Both the position numbers and the translations under genes were made by a program. Below the pieces are notes generated by a model. The model ran no database searches, was not told where the DNA came from, and worked only from the letters and a program-made list of their open reading frames with translations. A stretch of 52,789 bases of DNA. Origin: Pelomyxa schiedti (taxonomy: Eukaryota > Protista > Evosea). The stretch covers positions 404,884 to 457,672 of the forward strand of contig JAHLWZ010000004.1 of NCBI GenBank assembly GCA_020536535.1, written 5' to 3'. Positions 11,889-22,200 of the stretch are shown here, piece after piece (the stretch's first letter is position 1; the number at the start of each line of letters is the position of its first letter).

Positions 11889-12670
11889 TTCAGAGAAGGA
11901 TGCAGCATCCTCCCTCTTTCTTGTTATCTTTGGAAAATCGTCTCATCGTTCGGACAACCGTCTGAAAGCTGGCCTCAATGTTGACGCTCAGTTTGGCGGA
12001 TGTCTGTTTGTACATTAAGAACATACATATGAACAAAGCTTTTCATACCTCAAGATAAGGGGATTCTCCACAGGTCTTTGCCAAGGATTTCCCTTCTTCT
12101 TCAGTAACTACTCGAGTTGTCGGATCCATGTCTATTTTGTTCCCGCAAAACACCACGGGAACTTTTGTAGCCTCCTTCAGAATGAGGATCCTCTGGTACA
12201 TTTCCTGCGCAATCTGAAATGTAAGCCGATCCACGACGCTCCACACCACAAGGAACCCTTGCCCTTGTCTAAAATATGCCTCCCTCTAAAGAAGTGTTAG
12301 TAAGACAGTACACTCCCTCAAGTAGTACAGTATAAATTTCATCACATATTTATATTTCTTCACGAAGCTCTCAGGTGTGGTTGGTTGTACATAATTCGTA
12401 ATAACTTATCAATACATGAAAGAAAGTGAAAAAAGAACCCACAATTGCGGCATAGTCGTCCTGACCAGCGGTGTCCAGAATCTCGAGCATGCACACTGTG
12501 TCGTCGACGCTGATTGGTTTCCGATAAGCAGTTTCGAGAGTGGGGTCGTAGTCCGTCACGAATACGTTCTGTACGAGGGCCAGCGTCATCGCGCTCTTGC
12601 CGACGCCACCCGCTCCCACAAGTACAACTCTGAAGCTATCCCCTGTCCCGGTTGTCTTGGTCTTTCCCAT
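11889..12670 (-). CDS. Ras-family small GTPase (Ras/Rap-like) with C-terminal CaaX. Exons 12670-12441, 12285-12058, 11993-11889.
   Basis: Product reads MGKTKTT..FRVVLVGAGGVGKSAMTLALVQNVFVTDYDPTLETAYRK...LEILDTAGQDDYAAI|REAYFRQGQGFLVVWSVVDRLTF...VVFCGNKIDMD...ESPYLE|TSAKLSVNIEASFQTVVRTMRRFSKDNKKEGGCCILL*. G1-G5 boxes are in order. Donors are gtgggt/gtatga; the first intron is about 155 nt. Confidence 0.8.
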
Positions 12671-13190
12671 TATTGTTGTGGTTGTTGTTGTTGTAGCAAT
12701 CGCTATCTTATCTTAGGTGGTTTTCGGTTCTGTTGAACGGAAGAGGGTGTTGACGGTTTTTTTTTTTTTTTGAATGTGATGTTCAAGCTGGTGATGAATA
12801 GCGAGTACTGAGGCTGGGTGTAGTACTAGGCTTTAAATTAGTTTGCTGACGGTACGCTGTTGTATGCGTTTGTTGGTTTCTGGTTTTAAGGTCTTCCGTT
12901 CCGTTAAGATAAGTCTTAATTCGTTTTCGGTAGATTTGATATTACCATTTTGATACAGATCCGCGTACCTTGCCCTTGGTCTTGAAATTCATGATGGCTT
13001 ATGAGAAAACCTAATTGGTTGGATCTTGCCGTGATTGGGGCCAAGTGCTAAACGCGTACGGTGATATTCCACAATCAACGCATCGTAATAGGTACAAAAT
13101 CTCGTGGGATGGGACTGAGAAAGTACTTTTGATTGAGGCAGCAAACTCACTTTGCGGAATGTGTTAAATTCCATCAGACTACACAGCTTT

Positions 13191-14023
13191 TCACAGAGTC
13201 ACATTGTCAAAGATGAAAGAGTAGTGCTCAGAGTGATCAGGAGGGTTGTCAATGACGAGAAGCTGGTTTGTTGAGGGGATCCACGAGGTCATAATCACTG
13301 ACCTGCCATATGAGGGGAGTGTGTTTCTGTAAGTGTCATCATACACCCCATGTGGTGTCAAACACCCCGGTAATCTCCCGACTCGTGTGTGCCTTTCCAA
13401 AGTAGAACTTCCCACACACAACAAACGCAAAGCCAGTCTGCCTCTTGACACGAGGGACAGTCCACGTCTGCAGGATTGCGAGGGAGTCAGGTTCCACCCT
13501 CGTGATGTGTATGTTGCCATTGTTGGGTGAGTGCACAACATACACCACACGCCCAGCATCAACATACCAGCACATGTCTGTGAACCCACCCCAGTCCCAT
13601 TCCGATTGCCCCGTGTGACCAGCTTCTGGTAGTGTTGCTGTTGCCACAGTTGATCCATCACTCACACGCACCTTGGTCATGGTGGCTGCATTGTATGGGC
13701 TGCAGTACACGTGGCCGTTGTGTGCTGCCTGGTATGTCCCACCAGGGTAGGGAGCTACGTCCTTGAGTGTGAATTGCCTTGGGTTGGTGTTGCTGATGAA
13801 GCTGGTCATGTTTTCAAACTCAATAAGTGGCTGATGATTGTAGGTGATGTCCCAATACACCTTCCCTGTAGAGTTGTCAATACACATCCTGACTGCCCGA
13901 CGAGGTGCGACGGATGGCACCATGCTGCCAAGTTGTTTGAGCGTCCGAGCAGCGGATGGACTGTCGATCACCTGTGGTTCTTGGGTACATTGAGTACAAG
14001 TGAGAAATTCGCCACTGGAGAAT
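13191..14023 (-). CDS. Olfactomedin (OLF)-domain protein, 3' exons. Further 5' exons probably lie upstream, possibly including the signal-peptide-like ORF at 15036-14755.
   Basis: ORFs 13971-13339 and 13661-13191 together align residue for residue with the myocilin/olfactomedin OLF domain. PEAGHTGQSEWDWGGFTDMCWYVDAGRVVYVVHS...IHITRVEPDSLAILQTWTVPRVKRQTGFAFVVCGKFYF...VFDTTWGVYDDTYRNTLPSYGRSVIMTSWIPSTNQLLVIDN matches [33 protein letters not shown]...[29 protein letters not shown]...AYDTGTG..IPFKNRYKYSSMIDYNP..KLFAWDN. An apparent 1-nt frame change sits at a GGGG run near 13340. Confidence 0.75.
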
Positions 14024-14249
14024 CCACTGGGGACCGTTGCCTGTGTTACGTTTCATTGCAGTTAGGACTTCTCTGACTGGCAGGTACGCACCAGTGGATG
14101 GCCCGGTGGTGAAGCCGGTGTGGCGTCATCCAGCGGGAGGCTCCCTGAGCATTTGGTCACACAGTCGTGGCATAAACAGTGGGACGGTAGCCTACTACTC
14201 ATCACATGATTACAGAGAGAGCGGTAAGGTGATTGAAACGAAAGTCGGT

Positions 14250-14281
<32 letters not shown>

Positions 14282-14287
14282 GGGGGG
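14250..14287. repeat. Poly-G homopolymer (31 G, one T, 6 G)
   Basis: Seen directly in the sequence. ORFs through it translate as poly-Gly/poly-Pro artefacts. Confidence 0.95.
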
Positions 14288-14754
14288 CGCCTCGGCACCT
14301 CGGTTCACTCACGCTCGACGTCGTCGTCTTTGATGGCGGTGCCACTGCTGCTGAATTGTACATTTCCGAGCCGAGACGGAAAAAAGTCTGTTGCCAAGTT
14401 GCTGCTCTCTCAAATCAATGTTTGTGTTCTTTGGCGGTACGTGGGTGGGTGGGTGGGTGCTGTCTTTTTTACACAGCACAATGACAGTTTGCATAAAGGT
14501 GCCCTCACACACCCCCCATCCCTTATCAGTTCCCAGTTCCAGTCACTCGTCAAAAGGACCCTTCCTGCGGTCTGCAATGCTCTGGGAACGAGAAGCTATG
14601 CTGCCAGGGGGAACATTGCCAGAACCATCATTCATCCTAGTGTCATGTGCAGCGAGTGACTGTAGGGTACTAGCTTCCTGTACAAAGCGAAATGTAATGA
14701 ATGTAAGTAATAGCCAAAGCAAAAAGAAAAGAAATAATAACAGGCCAAAAAAGG

Positions 14755-15036
14755 TTACTGTATCGTGCGTGCCTCTTGGCTGATTGATGCAGAGCGAACT
14801 TCCTCGTCAGTTGGCTTCTCTGGGCTGATAAACTCAGCGGCGCTTCGCTTGCCACATATAGCCTCTGACGCCAGACACGTGTCATCTATTATGGGCCTAG
14901 CGGGCTGCTGTTGGAGCTGCTCTGGCCCCGTCGTCTTCTCGTCCTTCGTTTGTTGCTCGTCCGATTTTCCACTCATCCACGCGAGGACTGCGGCGAAAAA
15001 GTAACTTGTGGGCTGGACATTTGTCAATGGCACCAA
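14755..15036 (-). CDS. Candidate 5' exon encoding a signal-peptide-like N-terminus (MVPLTNVQPTSYFFAAVLAWMSG...), possibly the first exon of the olfactomedin gene
   Basis: ORF with a hydrophobic N-terminus on the same strand about 0.7 kb upstream of the OLF exons. No homology is recognised. The link to the OLF gene is inference. Confidence 0.25.
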   Translation of the reverse strand: MVPLTNVQPTSYFFAAVLAWMSGKSDEQQTKDEKTTGPEQLQQQPARPIIDDTCLASEAICGKRSAAEFISPEKPTDEEVRSASISQEARTIQ

Positions 15037-15336
15037 GGGACTTGTGGTGTTCGTGAGTAACGTCGACTTTTTGCATCACTAAAAAAAGAGTATTCGGTTC
15101 AAGAGACTCTGGTAAGGGGTGTTTTTTAAAATTACCTGGAAATCTGTCCCCCTCTGCCGGAGTTATAACGTTCAAATAAAAATCAAGAAACAAAAGAAAA
15201 ATTAAATCCCCTGTGCGCACACGCGCAGTACAACGACAAACAGGAAAGACCCGACGAACACAACATGGCATCAGATCAGTATGCGCATTCGCAAAACAAC
15301 CAAGTGAAGTGGCGAGATGGGCGGAATGAATAGCGA

Positions 15337-16389
15337 CAATTAACGTGCGCTTACTTTGCAGCGATTATTTCTTCAAGATCCTGCTCATTGGCGATTCGGG
15401 TGTAGGCAAAAGTTGCTTGTTGATCAGATTTGCGGTAGGTCATCTATTGGGGTTTGGGGTCTTCTTCCCAGGCTCAGTCCGTTATTTATAGGATGACGCG
15501 TGGACCGACACGCATATTGCTACAATTGGTGTTGATTTTGTATGCTTTCTCCGTGCATATTTCTCTCTCAAAATGCACAGAAAATAAAAACACTGAACTG
15601 TGATGGAAAAGTAATCAAGCTCCAAATTGTATGCAGTTAAGTTTTGCAGCCACTCTTCTTAACCTGTTTTTCTTCCCCTGTGCTAGTGGGACACTGCAGG
15701 CCAAGAGAGGTAAATTACCCAACAAAAAACAAAATTCCACATCTCAATTCCTTTAGATTCCGAACCATTACTAGTGAGCATCCCTTTTTTCCCCCAATTT
15801 CTGTAAACACAATTTTGTTTTCAGGCTCTTATTACCGTGGTGCGCAAGGAATTATCTTGGTGTTTGATTGCACAGGTTTGTCTCACATATTTATGTTTCT
15901 GGGTGACAGTTATGGCAGACATGGAGACTTACACCAATGTCAAGCAATGGCTTGGTGAGATAGAACGGTACGCCTGTGAGAATGTCAATAAAGTACTGCT
16001 CCCACCTTGTTGTCTAATTACGTTAACACTTATTAGCTTCTTGTGGGTAATAAAACGGATCTTGTTGACCAGCGAGTTGTACAGACAAGTCTTGCAAAGG
16101 TTTGTTAGTACCAAACCTTTTTGGTTTGCTCTTAAATAAGGAAGGAATTTGCTGAGAGTATGGATATTCCATACATAGAGGCCTCCGCAAAAGCAAATAT
16201 TAATGTGGAGGAGACTTTCATGAAAATGGCCAGAGCAATAAAAGACAGGTCTTTACCCACTTTCAATACCAAGCCGATGTTAATATCTACTTAGACTGTC
16301 AAATTCTACAGTTGAAGCCACACCGGCACCAAAACCTTTGAAACCTGCAAAACCACTGGGTAGTGGCGGTTTCAAATGTTCTATTTGAG
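15337..16389 (+). CDS. RAB1: Rab1/Ypt1-family small GTPase with at least 7 small exons (introns 34-58 nt)
   Basis: Spliced product reads ..[24 protein letters not shown]|[16 protein letters not shown]|[16 protein letters not shown]|WDTAGQER|[21 protein letters not shown]|[31 protein letters not shown]|[19 protein letters not shown]|[35 protein letters not shown]|..[21 protein letters not shown]. Introns include a 34-nt one (gtttgtctc...gtgacag). The N-terminal exon and the exact C-terminus are unresolved. Confidence 0.85.
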
Positions 16390-16606
16390 ACAGCAAGACT
16401 CCTTTTTTGGCCCTCCCTTTGACTACCCTTCCCCCCTGCCATCCTAGACACATCACCCCTTCCCCCCCAAAAAAGCTTGTAAAAATGAAAGACTTCTATT
16501 ACATTCGATTTGAAACTCGGCATTTTTTTTTGGATCATGGATACCAGTCCAAATCAACTCCTGTGTTGCACAATGTGGTTGTTCCTTGGTATTGTTTGAT
16601 GCTTGG

Positions 16607-17504
16607 CTACAAACGTTGTGATTCAAAGTGGAATATCTGCAAGTAAGATAAAACACATACACTAGTCCAGCCTCCAAAAGCTACAAAGTCACTAAAACTT
16701 GGATTGTCGTCATAGTGAGCGTACCACAGGCCATAACCCGCTCCGCCAGTGTATGAACTAATTTAGGATAAGGGATGTAGGGAAGAGGGGAAAAAAAAAA
16801 GGTCAACCTCCCCATAATAAGGGTCCACATATTTTTGTTTGTATACACTCCAATGGTCACACCCTGACCCTTGGCCGCACCAACAAGAGAGGTGAAGAAC
16901 TGCTGGTTTTCTTGACGTTGGTTAATGCCTAGTACAATTACCACGGTAAAGTACCTGTCAGGCTTGTGCTCCAATACTGTCCGAGAACTCCATTTGGCTC
17001 CTCAACATCCAGCCATAGCATTCCATATTCAACACCATTTGAAGTAAGATTTCCAATAGCTTGTTGCATTTGTGTCCTAACATTTATCATGAGAGCCAAT
17101 CTTAAAAAAAAAAAAAAACTCACGAGGCAGTCGACGACGTGCAACTTGGGTGGTTACCACCATAGCATGGGAAGAAATATACATCAAAGTGCTTCATTCC
17201 TGCATTGCTGTTTAGTTTCTTCCAGGTGTATTTGCCATCCATCCACAAAAAACCCCAAAACGGGTGATGACTACGAACCGGCATTCCACGAAGATGTAGA
17301 CGACTCCACACACGCCGAGTCAAACGAGCCCGAGGACTTCCAGCACCTCGCGATGGCGTACGACTTGGACGACGACACCATGCACGACGCCGCGTCGGGC
17401 GTGATCGTTGTGCTGACGTCGACGCCGTTGGTGGCCCGCGCCACCCCGGACATCGCAGAAATTGCCACCACCGCCCATAATAGCACAGTGCGTAGTCCGT
17501 GCAT
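16607..17504 (-). CDS. Secreted GH25-family lysozyme (Chalaropsis-type muramidase), at least 3-4 exons
   Basis: N-terminal signal peptide [24 protein letters not shown], then GVDVS...[29 protein letters not shown]|[10 protein letters not shown]...|..[26 protein letters not shown]..|..[64 protein letters not shown]. All GH25 hallmark blocks are present (GxDVS, AYHF-like, LDxE, IYT, LWxAxY, FGGW). One about 80-nt intron (gttcgt...aatgcag) is clear. Two other junctions would need 22-26-nt introns or frameshifts, so the 3' end is uncertain (it may extend to 16453). Confidence 0.7.
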
Positions 17505-17674
17505 CGCCTTGGAGTTGACCCACTCACGTCGAAAAACTTCCCCCTTGGCAACGAACGTTCTTTGAATTTGTGATCAGGTGCCAAGAGAAATTCGTTTTTT
17601 TATTGTTTCAGAAACCGAAAAAAAACCGATAGAGGGGGCAGAGGCTGCCTCTGGGTGTATTAAACTTAGATCTT

Positions 17675-19690
17675 ATGCCATCACGAATAAAGCCGCAACA
17701 ACCGCGGCTGGTGAAGCGTATACAACATGTCGCTGGTGGTGCTTTGAGATCTCACCTTGTTGGATTGTCGCACTCATCGGTGGACGCTGTTGTAAAGTCT
17801 TACGTGGTGCCTTCGTCGCCACCGGAAGAGCAGCTGGAAAAAGTGGTTTTGGATCCACCTAAACTCGAATCCCCTGTGAGTGTGATGCCGGCTTTGATTG
17901 ATGTGGCGAATGCAACTTTGCCAGGAGCCTCTTTACCGCCTGTTGACATAGGAAGAGATGAGTTTACTTCCGACGACACACACGGAACATGGGCACATAG
18001 AGTGGCGAAGGTGACATTTTATTCTTTTTTCAAAAAGAAAACATGGGTCACTAACGTGAGAGAACTTTTTAACCTTAACAAGGTCTATGACCCCTCTTCT
18101 ATGGAAAAGCTACCCTATTTCCCAGAGGCATATTTTGTTGCCAGGCGAGACGTTCTTTCCCGGTCTTATGTGCAGAGGTCATCTATTATCGTAATTGAAC
18201 TTCATATTGGAGGTTTCTACGTAAGACAAATACATGCTCTTACCTACACTCTTAGTTGATGCCTTGAGTAAGTATTACTTTCGGGTTCTAGTTATTCGTG
18301 GTTCCAGAGAGAAAATTGATACTGGAAATGCCACCAAGGGAATAATGTACGCGAGCACACTTAGTGATGCACAAGCCATCTATGGGTCTCTTGTGCGAGA
18401 GAAGGTCGTAATTAATGATACAAATACAATCTTAAAGAAAATAGACCTCAAACATGAACAAGTATAAAAAGATCATTTTGTCATTTGCAAATATGGGAAC
18501 AAGCACAAGTACCCTTTCTCTCATTGAAGAAATTACCTTACACATGCTGCTAAGTTACACCAGTTTCTGCTTTATCAAAAGACGTTCGAGATCTTCTCCT
18601 TCATTTATACAAGGAGTGTGCTCTACAGCTTTCTAATAAACAAATCAACTTCGATAAAGTTTCTCCTCCTCAAATTGAAAAAGCCCTTGTTGTTCTATAC
18701 AAAATGCGAGAAGTATGATATCACACTGGATGCCAGTCATTTTTTTAAAACAAAAAATAAGGAGCTGAAATCCAATGATGTCATAGAGGCTACAAAAGCG
18801 TCTGCCCTTTCTTCCGAATTTTTTTCTCTTGTTCCAGTTGGGCAATCTAGGCAAAAAGTTTTTCCACTCCTTCTACTCCACTTTTACACTGTTTCTAGTT
18901 GATTAGCACAATGGAACAAGTCTTGGAGTGGCTAGATTTATTACAGTCGATGAAAGATCTTACAAATCTTGGAGAGGCCTCCTTTGATATGAGTGGAAAT
19001 TTAAATGATGTTGACATGCTGTCTGCAGCACTAATTTCCCATTTTATATGACTCTAAACAAAATGAAGATACTACTCTTTAGGTTGCGATATTGACCTGG
19101 TCAGTCCGTCGTCATCAGAATATGCAAATATTGTTGAGATTATAGGTCAACGCAGGCAGCGTAACGGAGGAGGGCCTCTTACAATAGGAAAGATCTTCAA
19201 AGCACATAGACATATGGATTTATCATCATTTACTAATGGAATATCCAATCATCAATTGTTATTCCATGGAACTGCAATAGGTCTCACTTTCACTCTCTTC
19301 TCGTCCACTCACTTAAAGCAAGGGAATTGGCTTGGTATATTGTCAAGAGGCATGCTTCTGCCCCAAGTGGTCGTTAAGCTAGGAGTTAAACGTACCAATG
19401 CTGGAAATATGGGGGCTGGCCTTTACTTCGCCGATGATCCTATGACAGCCTTGAAGTATTCCGCTACTGGTGCCATGGGTGCTATGGGTACTAAGTATGT
19501 TTGCATTCTTTCAACCTTTGTTTAACCCATTCTAAGATACCTATTGCTATCCAATGTAGCTCTTGGAACAGTTAAAGATTTGTATAAATTTGACTCGAGC
19601 CTTAGCTCACCACCCCCTGGATTTGATAGTTGTCACGGCGTAAAAAGAACAGCAACATCACCAAGTGATTTTGATGATGATGAGTAATAT
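17675..19690 (+). CDS. Gene with a C-terminal PARP catalytic domain (exons about 19214-19473 and 19557-19690, probably continuing); the N-terminal 1.5 kb is of unknown function
   Basis: LLFHGTAIG...LGILSRGMLLPQVVVKLGVKRTNAGNMGAGLYFADDPMTALKYSATG..ALGTVKDLYKFDSSLSSPPPGFDSCHGVKRTATSPSDFDDDE aligns with the PARP1 catalytic core ([49 protein letters not shown]...GEVALGNMYEL...). H and Y of the H-Y-E triad are present. The position of the catalytic Glu reads GAMGAM|ALG, with no Glu visible. The last codons are followed by gtaata, a plausible donor. Confidence 0.65.
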
Positions 19691-19939
19691 CTCCCAAAGC
19701 TTGACATCTCAAGAGCTGACCTTCCAATAGATTTATTATTTACAATACATCGCAACAACACGTGCAATACTTGATTGAAGTTGACAGCCCCGGTGTGACA
19801 ACAATCTCAAGCACTCCTCTCTTGTCCCCTCCAAAAAAGCCTAGACCAATTGGGCAACTATCAACATCTATTCCAGAAGCTCTCCCCGACCTTCCTCCAG
19901 TAACAATATCCTAGTACCTCACATACAACTCATGTCTTT

Positions 19940-22200
19940 CCATGTTTTCCCAGTCAAATGAAAAGGCTGGTCTTATGTCTAGCTCAGGGACTCCCGTACC
20001 TTTGGAGGCCGTAAGCATTCACGCAAAACTCATTGGTACCTTGGCAGCAAAATTCTCATTATTTATCTTTCCGGATAGATCTTGTGGCGGAAGTGGTGAT
20101 GTTACAAGAATTCAACAATGTTGGGGATGAACCCATAGAAGCTAAATATGTTTTCCCGCTTGACGAAAAATCTGCTGTTGTTGGCTTCGAGGCATTTATC
20201 AATCGTACTTTACAAAGAAAAGAACCCTACTAACTGTGAATAGACAAACACATTGTTGGTGTTGTTAAGGAGAAGGAACAGGCACATAAGGAGTACAAGG
20301 CAGCTATAGAACGAGGTGATGGTGCCTATCTCCTGGATGAAGCTAAGTCAAGTGTTTTTACTGTATCTGTTGGAAATCTACCTCCAAAAACCAAAGTGGT
20401 GATCAAAATTTCATGTAAGCACCTCATCTCTAAGCCGCACACGTAATTACTTGACATTGTCAGATATTACGGAACTTGCTATTGAAGGAAATGCACGTAA
20501 ATTTGTTTGTCCAATGAATCTTGTTGGTCAACAAAAGCACAGTGCCCTAGCACAAGTTTCTCAATCTACCACAAAAACTGTAAATACAGTACAACCTCAG
20601 GTGAAAATAATTCATCTATCTTCTTTTTTTAAGTACATTAGGGTACGTTCTATATGGAGATTTCCATTAATATGCCCCACGTCATTCACGCTATTGAGAG
20701 CCCCTCCCACTCCATTCGTTACAAATCAACACCAAAGAAAGCAACACTGTTCTGGCTTGATCCCAGTTTGCTTTTTTTTTTTTAAATCAAATCGAACTAA
20801 CATTCATGCAGATCCCCCCACAACCGATTTCATTCTTCTTGTCCGGCTGTGTGATGTCCGTACTCCGTTCATGTGGGTAGAACGAACACCCACAGATATA
20901 TCCGTTCCTGAAGTGGAGGAACATGTAGCTATGGTTGCATTGTACCCTTCTCTTTCCGAAAATCTTCTATCCAACTCAGAGTGTTCGTCTTACCTCCCAT
21001 CTTTTTGTGCTGATATTTTAATAAAGACACCCTTCTTATTGATCAATCTGCCAGTATGATTCCTTCTCTCTCAGTGTGCAAACAAGTGGCCCATCACCTT
21101 GGTATGAACTACTGTGCTTCCTACGAAATATATTCATAAAACAAGTCCGAGGAATTCCGCTGATGGCTTCTTTTAATATTATAACATTTGGCTCTGTGTT
21201 TGAACCACTGTTCCTTTCGCCAATTTTAAAAACTACCAGTTCTGCTGATCAAAGTGCTCTCTCACATATTTCTGTACTTCACAAAAAGTACTATTCATAG
21301 TGATAACATCATCAGAAACTCCAAGGTGACTGGGGAGCCAGTATTCTTTGGCCAGCGCTAAAATCCACACTCTTACAAATCGAAATCAGAGACAAGATGC
21401 CAAAATCCAGCACTGATTCATTGATTTCCAATCTTTTCATTATTACCGATGGTGATTTTTCTCATGATTCCCAAGTTTTCGATGTGTGTTTAAAAAACCA
21501 AACATTAACTTAACACCAACACTTCAAGCTCATCCGTGATCACTGCCAAAGGCCTGGAAATAAGACACGTATATTTTCTTTTGGGATTGGGACAGAAGTA
21601 CATAGGCACAACATTTTCACACTTGCCCGCCTTGGAGGTGGCGCTGCCGAATTTGTTGCCTCCAATAACCCACTTCGACGGCAGGTTCTAAATCTTCATT
21701 CAATAGTAAAAACGTGCTAATCTGTATCCTCAAATAGGTGTCAAGGCAACTGGAGCGGGCACAACAACCTTGCTTAAAAGATATTTCTGTAGAGTGGGGT
21801 GCACGTCATAGTGTTGCAGGTCCTGTGAAGCAAGCGCCACATAAGCTCATGTCCCTATTCAGTGGAGAACGCGTAATCATTTTTGCTTTTATTCCTCAAG
21901 ATTGCCACCAGGTATGTGCATCAGTGTCTTGCACAAAACCTGAAGGAATGAAAGGTTACCCTCCAAGCAGGCAGAAGTGATTCAGAAGAGAAATTTCAAA
22001 TAACTGTGACGTCCAACCTTGCTGAAACTGTTACGGGGCTAATGTTGCATAGACTTTGTGCTCGATCTGTGGTGAGGTATAAAACAAGCACCTCAACTAT
22101 TTTCCTCATTAAATGAAGAGACTGGGAAGATCAGTGCATCGCAGAGGACAGTGTATCAAGTGAGCTGGCAAGAGTTCAAGTGAGATCTTTTGAAGGCATA
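19940..22200 (+). CDS. VIT domain plus von Willebrand factor A domain protein. Possibly the 3' half of the same gene as the PARP domain, which would give a PARP4 (vault-PARP)-like architecture.
   Basis: VIT reads YVFPLDEKSAVVGFEAFINRTL | IVGVVKEKEQAHKEYKAAIERGDGAYLLDEAKSSVFTVSVGNLPPKTKVVIKISC. vWA reads TLLIDQSASM (MIDAS DxSxS) ... SFNIITFGSVFEPLF ... LFIITDGDFSHDS ... RIFSFGIGTEVHRHNIFTLARLGGGAAEFVASNN. Post-vWA conserved block is LKDISVEWGA...KLMSLFSGERVIIFAFIP. All are split by short introns. The 3' end is unresolved. Confidence 0.7.

Noticed and set aside
12416-12736. Plus-strand 106-aa ORF
   Set aside because: Antisense to exon 1 of the Ras-like GTPase, and Cys-rich junk at its end.
14037-14512. 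ORFs encoding poly-Gly and poly-Pro stretches (14037-14333 +, 14062-14298 -, 14233-14484 +)
   Set aside because: They are translations of the 37-nt poly-G/poly-C homopolymer in arbitrary frames, with no codon structure outside the tract.
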